Source: Patescibacteria group bacterium
GTDB taxonomy: Bacteria > Patescibacteriota > Patescibacteriia > Veblenbacterales > UBA10138
DNA: 64,000 nt
Direction: 5' to 3'
Assembly: GCA_018817715.1 (NCBI GenBank)
Contig: JAHITT010000006.1
Location: forward strand, 139,147 to 203,146
Shown here one piece after another: positions 10,031 through 19,014 of this stretch (position 1 is its first letter; each line of letters begins with the position of its first letter). Made by a program: the position numbers and the translations under genes. Under the pieces are notes generated by a model that searched no databases, was not told the DNA's origin, and saw nothing but the letters and a program-made list of their open reading frames with translations.

Positions 10031-10399
10031 TTAAGCGACCATTCTTTTTGCTCTGCTTATATTACTGTGGAAAAAACTATTAAATCTAGTTTTTTCCAAT
10101 TTGGATATAAGAGACTCATAAATTACCATTAATTCGACCTGGTCTCTTTCTAAATATTTAGAAATTTTATCCCAAGCAAAAGAAAATGAAAAGGCTATAC
10201 TACTAGATAACTGACAAAAATTTATAAAATTATCATAAACAATTAATTCTTCCGGAGAAGCTACTTCACTAACAATATTTTTTAATAATTTTTGAGTTGC
10301 TTCCGTCACCTTCTGGTTATTCAATAGATAAGAAACAGAACTATAATAACTAGCTCCAACCAAAGACGAAATTACTATTTCTTCTCCCGGTTTTAACAT
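10031..10399 (-). CDS. Hypothetical protein
   Basis: 122-aa ORF, GAGGAGG SD, overlaps the stop of the upstream ORF. Confidence 0.65.
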   Translation of the reverse strand: MLKPGEEIVISSLVGASYYSSVSYLLNNQKVTEATQKLLKNIVSEVASPEELIVYDNFINFCQLSSSIAFSFSFAWDKISKYLERDQVELMVIYESLISKLEKTRFNSFFHSNISRAKRMVA

Positions 10400-10785
10400 A
10401 ATATTTCCTCCTCAACTTTGAAAATTATTTCTGTAACGCTTTCGGGTGAATGACCAGACGTAATTTTACTTGAAGAAGCATATTCTTTAAACAACTTAAC
10501 AAAATTAGATTTGATTAATTTGTTATGAATTTCATTTAAAGATATCTCCTGATTAGCATCGGGAATTATAATTGGCTCACCGTTTTTATTGATTCCATAA
10601 CAACCAAAAAATAATTCTTTTTCCCTTGTGTCTAACAAATTTTCACAATCAATTACTAGAAAACTTAACATCCTCTTTTCATCTTCTGTAGAGAAAGCTA
10701 AATATCGATAAGCGCCTGCATAAGCCGCGCCAAACAGTTTAACCAACAGTTGACGATACATTTCGCCTGATATTTTAAGTTGCAT
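10393..10785 (-). CDS. Hypothetical protein
   Basis: 130-aa ORF, GGAGG SD. Confidence 0.65.
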   Translation of the reverse strand: MQLKISGEMYRQLLVKLFGAAYAGAYRYLAFSTEDEKRMLSFLVIDCENLLDTREKELFFGCYGINKNGEPIIIPDANQEISLNEIHNKLIKSNFVKLFKEYASSSKITSGHSPESVTEIIFKVEEEILC

Positions 10786-10853
10786 TTTTGCCTCCGTGGA
10801 TTGTTTTTATTTTTTGTTTAGTATATCTGTTATTAATTTAACAAGCAACTATA

Positions 10854-11978
10854 TCAAAACCAACCACTATTGTCAATATCCTCACCATTAAGCTCGGGTA
10901 AATTTTTTAAAGATTCTTTAGCTTTTTTGCTTAATTTATCCGGAGTTTGTATTTGCACAGTAACCAGTAAATCTCCCCTATTTTTACCCCGAACATGTGG
11001 CACGCCTTTACTTGGCACTTTAAATACTTGCCCGCTTTGCGTACCAGCTGGAATTTTTAACTTAATATCACCATCTAAAGTAACTACTGTAGCTTTACCA
11101 CCTAAAGCTGCTAGAGTAAAACTTATTTGTTGTCTGGTTAGTAAATCATAACCGCGGCGGTTAAATACCTTGTCCGGTCGTACTTGAATAGTAAGTAATA
11201 AATCGCCAGCTACACCGCCTTTAATTCCCGGCTCGCCTTCGCCAGCTAATCTAATACCTTGCCCATCATTAATACCAGCTGGAATTTTTACTTTTAACTC
11301 TCGCACTCCCATAACCGCTCCTTGGCCATCACATTTTTTACATTTTTGGCTAACGCTTTTGCCTTCACCCGCACAATTAGGACAAACACCCACGCTACGC
11401 ATAGCACCCAAAAAAGTGCGTTGAATTTGTTCTACTTGGCCCCGGCCGCCACAAGTGACGCAAGTTGTTACTTTGGCTCCTGGTTCCCCGCCAGAACCTT
11501 GGCAATTGTTACATACTATGGCTTTTTCAAAACGCAAAGTTTTAGACGCGCCAAAAACAGCTTCTTTAAAATCCACAGCTGTTACAAATTCCACATCACT
11601 ACCGCGCCTAGGCCCGGCCCGTCTGCTAGAACGACCGCCGCCGCCAAAGATATCACCAAAGATATCGCCTAAATCTCCAAAATCAAAATTGGCATTAGCG
11701 CCACCTTGATTACTATAACCACGTTGAAAATCCTGCCAGTTAAAACCGCCAGGTCCCGAACCAGCTTGATTAAAGTTGGCGCCAAATTGATCGTATTGCT
11801 TTCGCTTTTCGGCATTACCTAACACCTGATAAGCTTCATTAACTTCTTTAAACTTATTATCTGTGCCACCGTTTTTGTCTGGATGGTGTTGGTGCGCTAA
11901 CTTACGATAAGCTTTTTTAATCTCTTCGGCTGAGGCGTCTTTTTTTACGCCTAATATATTATAATAATCTGTGGACAT
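10854..11978 (-). CDS. dnaJ: Chaperone DnaJ
   Basis: J-domain with HPD, G/F region, four CxxCxGxG repeats, C-terminal domain. Confidence 0.98.
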   Translation of the reverse strand: MSTDYYNILGVKKDASAEEIKKAYRKLAHQHHPDKNGGTDNKFKEVNEAYQVLGNAEKRKQYDQFGANFNQAGSGPGGFNWQDFQRGYSNQGGANANFDFGDLGDIFGDIFGGGGRSSRRAGPRRGSDVEFVTAVDFKEAVFGASKTLRFEKAIVCNNCQGSGGEPGAKVTTCVTCGGRGQVEQIQRTFLGAMRSVGVCPNCAGEGKSVSQKCKKCDGQGAVMGVRELKVKIPAGINDGQGIRLAGEGEPGIKGGVAGDLLLTIQVRPDKVFNRRGYDLLTRQQISFTLAALGGKATVVTLDGDIKLKIPAGTQSGQVFKVPSKGVPHVRGKNRGDLLVTVQIQTPDKLSKKAKESLKNLPELNGEDIDNSGWF

Positions 11979-12104
11979 AATTTAATTAGTATAAAATCCT
12001 TACCAAAAAACCAATTGTGCCTTAAACACAAAATAATCAAAATGGCAAAGTAAAATTCACAATAAACTTAATTTGCATTCTGAAATTTACTCTGACATTA
12101 AATA

Positions 12105-12139
12105 AGACGCAGTCAATACTACAACTGCGTCTAAAAAAA
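12105..12139. terminator. Hairpin at the end of the inserted three-gene unit
   Basis: AGACGCAGT-caatactaca-ACTGCGTCT. Confidence 0.5.
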
Positions 12140-12325
12140 TTAATTTTTTAAATGAGTACCGCGATGATCGGTACTATTTTTTCTTTTTATCCTGAGGTAG
12201 CTTCGATTAATTATTGAAGATGAACCTCTTAAATGTTTAATATTAATCGTTAAATAAACCGATGTTGATTTTGGCATACTAGCCTGACCCCTAAGATGAA
12301 ACAAACTATTGCTATTGCCTCTCAT
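12140..12325 (-). CDS. Small basic hypothetical protein (61 aa)
   Basis: ATG at 12325 (MRGNSNS...) preceded by GGAGG, 1 nt after the upstream stop. Confidence 0.4.
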   Translation of the reverse strand: MRGNSNSLFHLRGQASMPKSTSVYLTINIKHLRGSSSIINRSYLRIKRKNSTDHRGTHLKN

Positions 12326-12326
12326 T

Positions 12327-12752
12327 TTACTTGCCTCCAAATGGATTTTGATGTGATATGTGTATATTAAACGGTTTATTGCTATAACTATATGAAGCAA
12401 TTTTTGCTAAATTTTCCTCTTTATCATTTTCTTCATTACTATCATCATCATTTACATTTTTAACAATAAGCCTTATCTTTTCTTTTACTAATATATTAAC
12501 AACCATCATCTTTCCAGAAAAAGAAAAAATATTATCAGGAATATCAATAATTTGTTCTAAAAATACTTTTTCGAATTTTACAATCCATGTAGCTTTATTA
12601 AAACAAATTTTTAATCTGTTTTTTTCTACCACTTGAACTATAAATTCTATTGACTTCTCTGAAGCTTTAACACACAAAAAAAATTTTCTACCTTTTGGCA
12701 ATTCAGTTATATCCAACTCCGAAACAGACACGTAGCCATTATTTTTAGACAT
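12327..12752 (-). CDS. Hypothetical protein
   Basis: 141-aa ORF, GGGAG SD. Confidence 0.6.
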   Translation of the reverse strand: MSKNNGYVSVSELDITELPKGRKFFLCVKASEKSIEFIVQVVEKNRLKICFNKATWIVKFEKVFLEQIIDIPDNIFSFSGKMMVVNILVKEKIRLIVKNVNDDDSNEENDKEENLAKIASYSYSNKPFNIHISHQNPFGGK

Positions 12753-12762
12753 TTTTAGCTCC

Positions 12763-13071
12763 CTATTTTAACATTTTTTGAGAAAATTGGCTTTTTTTAA
12801 TAATAATATCCTGAAGTGTCATACTACCGCATTGATTTATTGGAATTATATTTCCAATAATTAACTCAGTAACTATTGTTACTCCACAGTAACCATTTAA
12901 ACTCAAACTTATCTGACCAGATTCATTTTTAACACCTTTAAACTTTTTAACTTGATTACCTGTATTAGGGTCAAATTTTTTGAATGAAGCGTGAAAAGAA
13001 TCCGGCAATTGAGCTATTTCAATTGCTTGACCGAGGTTAGAAATAACTACAAACTTATCATTTTTAGCCAT
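12763..13071 (-). CDS. Hypothetical protein
   Basis: 102-aa ORF, GAGG SD, TTGACA-17-TAGAGT promoter at 13139-13167. Confidence 0.6.
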   Translation of the reverse strand: MAKNDKFVVISNLGQAIEIAQLPDSFHASFKKFDPNTGNQVKKFKGVKNESGQISLSLNGYCGVTIVTELIIGNIIPINQCGSMTLQDIIIKKSQFSQKMLK

Positions 13072-13288
13072 AACAAGTGCCTCTTAATTTAGTTTTATGT
13101 ATTGATTTGTTAATTAACTTTTTTTATCTTAGTTTATTACTCTACTAAGACGCAGTTCAATTGTCAAATTGTAAAAGAGCTTATAACTAAACCTCTTTTT
13201 AAAAAAGAGGAGTAAGAGGAAATTATTAAGACAAAGTAATAACCCCCTCTCACTCCCCCTTAAGATAAGGGGGAGAATGAATAATTTT

Positions 13289-13579
13289 TTACTCAGTTTT
13301 AAAACCAATTTCTGGAGCATTGTGTCCAGTAGATTCTATTTTACCAAACTGCTCTTCATGCTTTTTTATATTTTCTGTTAAAGCTGCAGCCAAACGTTTG
13401 GCATGAGCCGGATTCAGGTACACTCGAGCTGCCACAATACCCTGAGGCGGCATAAGATTAAGAAAATCAATCACGAATTCTTCTTTAGTATGAGCAATTT
13501 GCGCCATATTGGCATAAACGCCTTTTAATACTTCGTCGGTTATTTTAACTTGAATTTGTTGGGGTTGTGCTTCTGACAT
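13289..13579 (-). CDS. DUF3467 family protein
   Basis: GVYAN...EEFVIDF...ARVYLNPAHAKRL...ENIKKHEEQFGKI signature. Confidence 0.85.
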   Translation of the reverse strand: MSEAQPQQIQVKITDEVLKGVYANMAQIAHTKEEFVIDFLNLMPPQGIVAARVYLNPAHAKRLAAALTENIKKHEEQFGKIESTGHNAPEIGFKTE

Positions 13580-13650
13580 AATGTTGATTAATAATAATGA
13601 TAATTTCTCTAAGAGTAAACGCTAAGAACTCTTACTCTTAAGCATAATAT

Positions 13651-15579
13651 TTACTTTTTAACTTCCTCGTATTGACCTTCTACTGGACCTTGGTCTTTTT
13701 TGCCTTCGGTTGTTGAAGAGTCACCTGCTGGCTGTTCTCCATCATCACCAGGCTTAGCTTCGGCTGCGCCAGCGGCTTGTTGGGCCTTATACATAGCCTC
13801 ACCTATCTTAATAGCAGCCTGCTGCAAAGCATCTAAAGCGGTTTTAATAGCTGCGGCATCTTCACCATCTTTAACTTTTTTAACTTCTTCCAATTTAGCT
13901 TCCACTTCAGTTTTAACTTCGGCCGGCACTTTATCCGCCTGTTCTTTTAACATTTTTTCTGTTTGGTAAACAGTGGATTCGGCCACATTTTTCATATCTA
14001 TCAATTCACGACGTTTTTTATCATCTTCCGCATGAACTTCCGCTTCTTTTTTCATTTTTTCCACATCTTCCTTAGACAATCCAGAAGAAGCTGTAATAGT
14101 GATATGCTGTTCTTTATTAGTGGCCTTATCTTTAGCTTTGACAGATAAAATACCATTGGCATCCAAATCAAAACTCACTTCCACTTGAGGCATACCCCTC
14201 GGTGCCGGTGGAATACCATCTAAAATAAATCGGCCTAAAGCTTTATTATCTTTGGCAAATTCTCGTTCACCTTGCAACACGTGAATTTCCACACTGGTTT
14301 GACCGTCGGCAGCTGTAGAAAAAGTTTGGCTCTTGGAAGTTGGTATAGTGGTATTTCTATCTATTAACTTAGTCATTACCCCACCCAAAGTTTCTATACC
14401 CAAAGATAGCGGTGTAACATCCAACAATAAAACATCCCGAACCTCCCCCTGCAATACTCCACCTTGTACAGCCGCCCCAATGGCTACCACTTCGTCTGGA
14501 TTAACTGAGACATTAGGTTTTTTGCCAAAGAATTTTTCCACAGTTTGAATTACCAAAGGCATACGAGTCATACCGCCCACCAAAACTATTTCGTTAATAT
14601 CGCCAGGTTTTAAACCCGCATCAGCCAAAGCCTTTTTAGTCGGCTCTAAAGTTTTAGTTATTAAATCACCAACCAATTCTTCCAATTTAGCCCGCGTCAT
14701 CTTCATAACCATATGCTTAGGACCCTCGGCGCCCGAAGTTATGAAGGGCTGATTAATTTCTGTTTCCGTGGCAGTAGATAATTCAATTTTAGCTTTTTCG
14801 GCCGACTCTTTAACACGCTGTAAAGCCAAAGAATCTTTAGATAAATCTACACCGTTTTCTTTTTTAAACTCTTCGATTATCCAATTAATTATTTCCTGAT
14901 CAAAATCATCCCCGCCTAAGTGGGTATCGCCATTAGTGGCCTTAACTTCCACTGTATCGGAAGAAACTTCCAAAATAGATACATCAAAAGTACCGCCGCC
15001 TAAATCATAAACAACTATTTTTTCATCTTTTTTCTTATCAAAACCATAAGCCAAAGCAGCAGCTGTTGGTTCGTTAATAATACGTTTTACCTTAAGACCG
15101 GCAATTTCACCAGCATCTTTAGTAGCCTGGCGCTGAGAATCGTCAAAATAAGCTGGCACAGTAATTACCGCTTCAGTTATAGTTTCACCTAATTTCGCTT
15201 CCGCATCGGCCTTTAATTTTTGCAAAACCATAGCCGAAATTTCTTGGGGACTATATTGCTTGCCGTTCATTTCTACCTTAACACCTTCTCCGGATTTTAC
15301 CATTTTAAAAGGCAAAACTTTAAGATCACGCTGAACTTCTGGGTCTTCCCAACGACGCCCGATTAAACGCTTTAACGAATAAAGAGTATTTTGTGGATTG
15401 GTAACTGCTTGACGTTTAGCTAATAAACCAACCAAACGTTCACCTGATTTATTAATGGCTACCACCGAAGGAGTTGTTCTGGCTCCTTCCTTATTTTCCA
15501 ACACTTTAGGCTGGCCGCCCTCGATAACAGCCATACAAGAGTTGGTTGTTCCAAGGTCTATTCCTAATATCTTAGGCAT
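13651..15579 (-). CDS. dnaK: Chaperone DnaK (Hsp70)
   Basis: [43 protein letters not shown]. Confidence 0.99.
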   Translation of the reverse strand: MPKILGIDLGTTNSCMAVIEGGQPKVLENKEGARTTPSVVAINKSGERLVGLLAKRQAVTNPQNTLYSLKRLIGRRWEDPEVQRDLKVLPFKMVKSGEGVKVEMNGKQYSPQEISAMVLQKLKADAEAKLGETITEAVITVPAYFDDSQRQATKDAGEIAGLKVKRIINEPTAAALAYGFDKKKDEKIVVYDLGGGTFDVSILEVSSDTVEVKATNGDTHLGGDDFDQEIINWIIEEFKKENGVDLSKDSLALQRVKESAEKAKIELSTATETEINQPFITSGAEGPKHMVMKMTRAKLEELVGDLITKTLEPTKKALADAGLKPGDINEIVLVGGMTRMPLVIQTVEKFFGKKPNVSVNPDEVVAIGAAVQGGVLQGEVRDVLLLDVTPLSLGIETLGGVMTKLIDRNTTIPTSKSQTFSTAADGQTSVEIHVLQGEREFAKDNKALGRFILDGIPPAPRGMPQVEVSFDLDANGILSVKAKDKATNKEQHITITASSGLSKEDVEKMKKEAEVHAEDDKKRRELIDMKNVAESTVYQTEKMLKEQADKVPAEVKTEVEAKLEEVKKVKDGEDAAAIKTALDALQQAAIKIGEAMYKAQQAAGAAEAKPGDDGEQPAGDSSTTEGKKDQGPVEGQYEEVKK

Positions 15580-15694
15580 AAATTTTATTTGCTAATAATT
15601 ATTAATATAGGCTCAAGCGAAATTTTAAATTATCTTAAAACCTCGCCCGAGTTTCGTATTTTTAATTAAAAATACGAATCGGGAATAAACTTAA

Positions 15695-16111
15695 TTATTT
15701 AATCTCTACTTTAACTGTTTTTGGTTTAGCTCTTTCTTCTTTGGGAATTTCTATTTTAAGCATACCTTTTTCGTAAACTGCTTTAGCTTTATCGCCATTA
15801 ACAGCTGTAGGCAAAGCCACCGAACGATGAAAACCACCCGAACGAATTTCCTTACGATAATAATCCCGCTCATCCACTTCTGTCTTTTTTTCAAACTTAC
15901 CTTCAATAGTCAAAACATCGTTCTCAATGGCGATGTTAACATCCTTAGGATCTAAACCAGGTAATTGGGTTTCCACCACAACATTATCCTTGGTTTGGTA
16001 AACATCTAAGGCTGGTACAAAGCCGCTTAAAGATGGTGCGCCAAAATCGTCAAAAAATTTATCCGCATCAAACCAGCTAGGCATTATTGGACTGTAACGT
16101 ATGATAGACAT
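15695..16111 (-). CDS. Hsp20/alpha-crystallin small heat shock protein
   Basis: PALDVYQT, LPG, F.RSVALP, A.YEKGML.I..PK; GGGAGGT SD. Confidence 0.93.
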   Translation of the reverse strand: MSIIRYSPIMPSWFDADKFFDDFGAPSLSGFVPALDVYQTKDNVVVETQLPGLDPKDVNIAIENDVLTIEGKFEKKTEVDERDYYRKEIRSGGFHRSVALPTAVNGDKAKAVYEKGMLKIEIPKEERAKPKTVKVEIK

Positions 16112-16261
16112 ATTAACACCTCCCTTCTTTAAAAATTTAATTAGCTTTTTAACAAAACTATCAGCTAACAGAAATAAATGGAGTCTTTATTCCCCGGCCA
16201 GACTAACTAATGTAAAATTAGCCTGGCCGGAGAGGCGATCTATTATCGCCTCTCCAACTCT

Positions 16262-16402
16262 TTAAAAAGAATCATTGTTATCGGCCTCACTATCCGATTC
16301 ACTCTCACCCACATCATCAATGTGAATAAGAGGAACATTGCAAGATGGGCAACGCCCTCTGGCATCATCGGTGTAGGCACATTCCGGACAAATATAGTCC
16401 AT
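16262..16402 (-). CDS. Zinc-ribbon microprotein (46 aa), not in the ORF track
   Basis: MDYICPECAYTDDARGRCPSCNVPLIHIDDVGESESDSEADNNDSF; two CPxC pairs; starts 23 nt after the grpE stop. Confidence 0.75.
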   Translation of the reverse strand: MDYICPECAYTDDARGRCPSCNVPLIHIDDVGESESDSEADNNDSF

Positions 16403-16425
16403 ATATTACATTTTAATGTTAATTT

Positions 16426-16935
16426 TTATTTAGCAACTTTTACTTGGGCTGGCTGCAAAACCTTGTCGTGCAGTAAATAACCAGCCTTAACTTCCTCCAC
16501 CACCAAACCTGATTCTTTGGTCGTTTCGGCCACTTCTTGAACAGCTTCGTGATAGTAAGGATCAAATTTTTTACCTACTGATTCTATTTCTACCAAACCA
16601 TGACCGGCTAAAACCTGCCACAGCTTACTCTGAATATGAACAATTCCTTGTAACCAAGATTCAGTTGATTGCTCCTTAGGAACTGTCTTAAGAGCCTGCT
16701 TAAAATAATCTAACACTGGCAAAATCTCCAAAATAAGCTGGCTGTTGGCAAATTTAGCCAAAACTACTTGTTGGTGCTCTGTTTCTTTTTTTAAATTAGC
16801 ATAATCAGCTTGAGCCCGTCGCCAACCAAATAAATAATCCTGAACTTGTTTTTTTAATTCCACCAAGTCTTCTAACTCAGAATCATCCGGACTAGAGGTT
16901 GGCGAATTGCTTTTATTTTTAATATCTTCAGACAT
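16426..16935 (-). CDS. grpE: Nucleotide exchange factor GrpE
   Basis: RAQADYANLKK, LPVLD, FDPYYHEAV, GYLLHDKVLQPAQVKV; start probably MSEDIK at 16935. Confidence 0.95.
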   Translation of the reverse strand: MSEDIKNKSNSPTSSPDDSELEDLVELKKQVQDYLFGWRRAQADYANLKKETEHQQVVLAKFANSQLILEILPVLDYFKQALKTVPKEQSTESWLQGIVHIQSKLWQVLAGHGLVEIESVGKKFDPYYHEAVQEVAETTKESGLVVEEVKAGYLLHDKVLQPAQVKVAK

Positions 16936-16954
16936 TTCTTGGTTTTTTAAAGAA

Positions 16955-17644
16955 TTATTGGAAAAGTTTTTTAACATATTGCAAAGTTCCTACGTTATAA
17001 TCATAATCCATTCTTAAGGGTCCTAATAAACCGACTAATTGCGGATGATGCTTACCAGGATAAGCCAAACAAACAACGGCACAATCAGCACCAAACGGAT
17101 TATCACGGCCAATTTTTATTTGCACATCACTAGTCATAGTTTTATAAAGCTGAGCCATAGATTCATCCAACTGATCTATTGCCGAACTAATAGAACGAAT
17201 CATATCCAAATGGCTAAACTCTGGCTGATAAAACAAATTAGACAATCCAGTGTAATAAACATCGTGGCCACTAAAACCAATAACCGCCGCCTGATTTGTT
17301 AGGCTGGCTAATTCCTTAGCCAATTGTCGTAAAACAGTTTCTGGCTCTAAAGAGGTTCTTCCATAAAAAATTTGTTCTAACTTTTTTTTGTCATCTTGAT
17401 TAGGCTCCACCGGAAACATTATCTTATCTAAATAATAACGGTAAGCCTTAATAGTGGGCTGGCGACCAGCTGAGGTATGAGGTTGTGCTAAATAACCTTG
17501 ATCGGTTAAATCCACCATTTCATTACGAATAGTCGCTGAAGAAATACCTAAGTTCCCTTGCAAAGCTTTAGAACTTACCAATTCAGCATTTTTTATGTAA
17601 CTTCTTATAATTTCCGCTAATAAAGTGTGTTGCCGTTCATTCAT
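16955..17644 (-). CDS. hrcA: Heat-inducible transcription repressor HrcA (short form)
   Basis: SSATIRNEM, QPHTSAGRQPT..YRYY, GLLGPLRMDY; ATG at 17644 just after a CIRCE. Confidence 0.93.
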   Translation of the reverse strand: MNERQHTLLAEIIRSYIKNAELVSSKALQGNLGISSATIRNEMVDLTDQGYLAQPHTSAGRQPTIKAYRYYLDKIMFPVEPNQDDKKKLEQIFYGRTSLEPETVLRQLAKELASLTNQAAVIGFSGHDVYYTGLSNLFYQPEFSHLDMIRSISSAIDQLDESMAQLYKTMTSDVQIKIGRDNPFGADCAVVCLAYPGKHHPQLVGLLGPLRMDYDYNVGTLQYVKKLFQ

Positions 17645-17658
17645 AAAATTATCCTCTA

Positions 17659-17685
17659 TTAGCACTCTCCAGCTTAGAGTGCTAA
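17659..17685. promoter_or_regulatory. CIRCE operator
   Basis: Perfect TTAGCACTC-N9-GAGTGCTAA. Confidence 0.97.
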
Positions 17686-17688
17686 TTC

Positions 17689-17717
17689 ATTGTAGGTATA
17701 ACTAAAAAACCTGTCAA
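17689..17717 (-). promoter_or_regulatory. Sigma-70 promoter of the hrcA operon
   Basis: TTGACA-17 nt-TACAAT immediately upstream of the CIRCE. Confidence 0.85.
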
Positions 17718-17760
17718 GAGACAGGATTCCAAATAATATTTTTAGCTAAAATTAGCCTTT

Positions 17761-19014
17761 TTATTCTCGACGTAAAGCTTCGATAGGGTCCAAGGCAGCA
17801 GCTTGCCTAGCTGGATAAAGACCAAATACTAAACCACAAACAACCGAAAAAGAAGTGGCCAATACTACTGAATACAAAGGCACTACAAAATCCCAAGCAA
17901 AACCCTGCCAAGCAGCAACTAAAGATATTAAATAAGACACAGCCACACCAGCTAAAATACCGCTTAAACCACCCAAAGTAGTTATTAAAACAGCTTCAGT
18001 TAAAAACTGTAACAATATTTGTTTGGGGCGAGCGCCAATCGCCTTTCTTAAACCTATTTCAAAGGTTCTTTCCAAAACCGACACATACATAATATTCATA
18101 ATGCCCACCCCACCGACAATCAATGAAATGGCGGCCAAAATAATCAGTAGTATAGTAAAACCACCTATCACCGTATCTAAAATATTTACAAAATCATCAT
18201 TGGATTGAACTTGAAAATCATCTTTATCGGGATTAGAGTCGTCTATATTATGACGGTCACGTAACAAATCTTCTACTGCGGCCACTGTTTGGGGTAATTT
18301 ATTTTCATCTTGATATTGATTCAAAATATAAGACACATGATCTATACCCAAAATTTGTTTTTGCAAAGTACGTATTGGTAAATATACAAAATCATCATAA
18401 TTAACAAACATCACAGCTCCTTTAGATTCAAACACTCCGATAACTTCAAAATTTTTCTGCTTTATTTTTATATCTTGACCAATAGGATTACTATCACCAA
18501 ATAATTCACTAGCCACATTAAAACCTAAAACCGCTACTTTAGCCAATGAATCATCTTCTTCTGGACTAAAAAATCGTCCCTGAGCAACTTTACTGGTGTC
18601 AATTTCTAAAAATGTCGGTGACACACCAAATAAAGTTATAGTTTTTTTGGCTGAACCAGAATTAGCCACAGCCTGACCCATTTGACCGGCATAATTATTT
18701 TTTATATTAGGCAACTTACGTAAAGCTTTCATGTCATCCAGGGTTAAAGTTTTAATAACAGTGCCAAAAGCTTGGGCATTAGCCCCTTCGGAAGAATTTT
18801 TAGCTGTTTCCGGAACTTTAACTTCCACATTCAAAATATTGGTACCATAAGTTTCAAACTGACCAATAATAAAACCCTTAACACCTTGAGCCGCCGAAAT
18901 AACCACAATAACCGCCGCAATGCTAATAACTATACCCAAACCAGTCAACATCGTACGCGTTAACTGACGGCTAAAAGAAAATATAGCTAATGATATGTAC
19001 TCTTTAAATTTCAT
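17761..19014 (-). CDS. ABC transporter permease (MacB/FtsX family)
   Basis: LTGLGIVISIAAV, GGVGIMNIMYVSVLERTFEIGLRKAIGA, YPARQAAALDPIEALR. Confidence 0.93.
   Translation of the reverse strand: MKFKEYISLAIFSFSRQLTRTMLTGLGIVISIAAVIVVISAAQGVKGFIIGQFETYGTNILNVEVKVPETAKNSSEGANAQAFGTVIKTLTLDDMKALRKLPNIKNNYAGQMGQAVANSGSAKKTITLFGVSPTFLEIDTSKVAQGRFFSPEEDDSLAKVAVLGFNVASELFGDSNPIGQDIKIKQKNFEVIGVFESKGAVMFVNYDDFVYLPIRTLQKQILGIDHVSYILNQYQDENKLPQTVAAVEDLLRDRHNIDDSNPDKDDFQVQSNDDFVNILDTVIGGFTILLIILAAISLIVGGVGIMNIMYVSVLERTFEIGLRKAIGARPKQILLQFLTEAVLITTLGGLSGILAGVAVSYLISLVAAWQGFAWDFVVPLYSVVLATSFSVVCGLVFGLYPARQAAALDPIEALRRE

Noticed and set aside
9244-13071. Integron cassette array or prophage
   Set aside because: No integrase, no RYYYAAC...GTTRRRY attC pattern after the stops, and no phage hallmark genes; dnaJ lies in the middle
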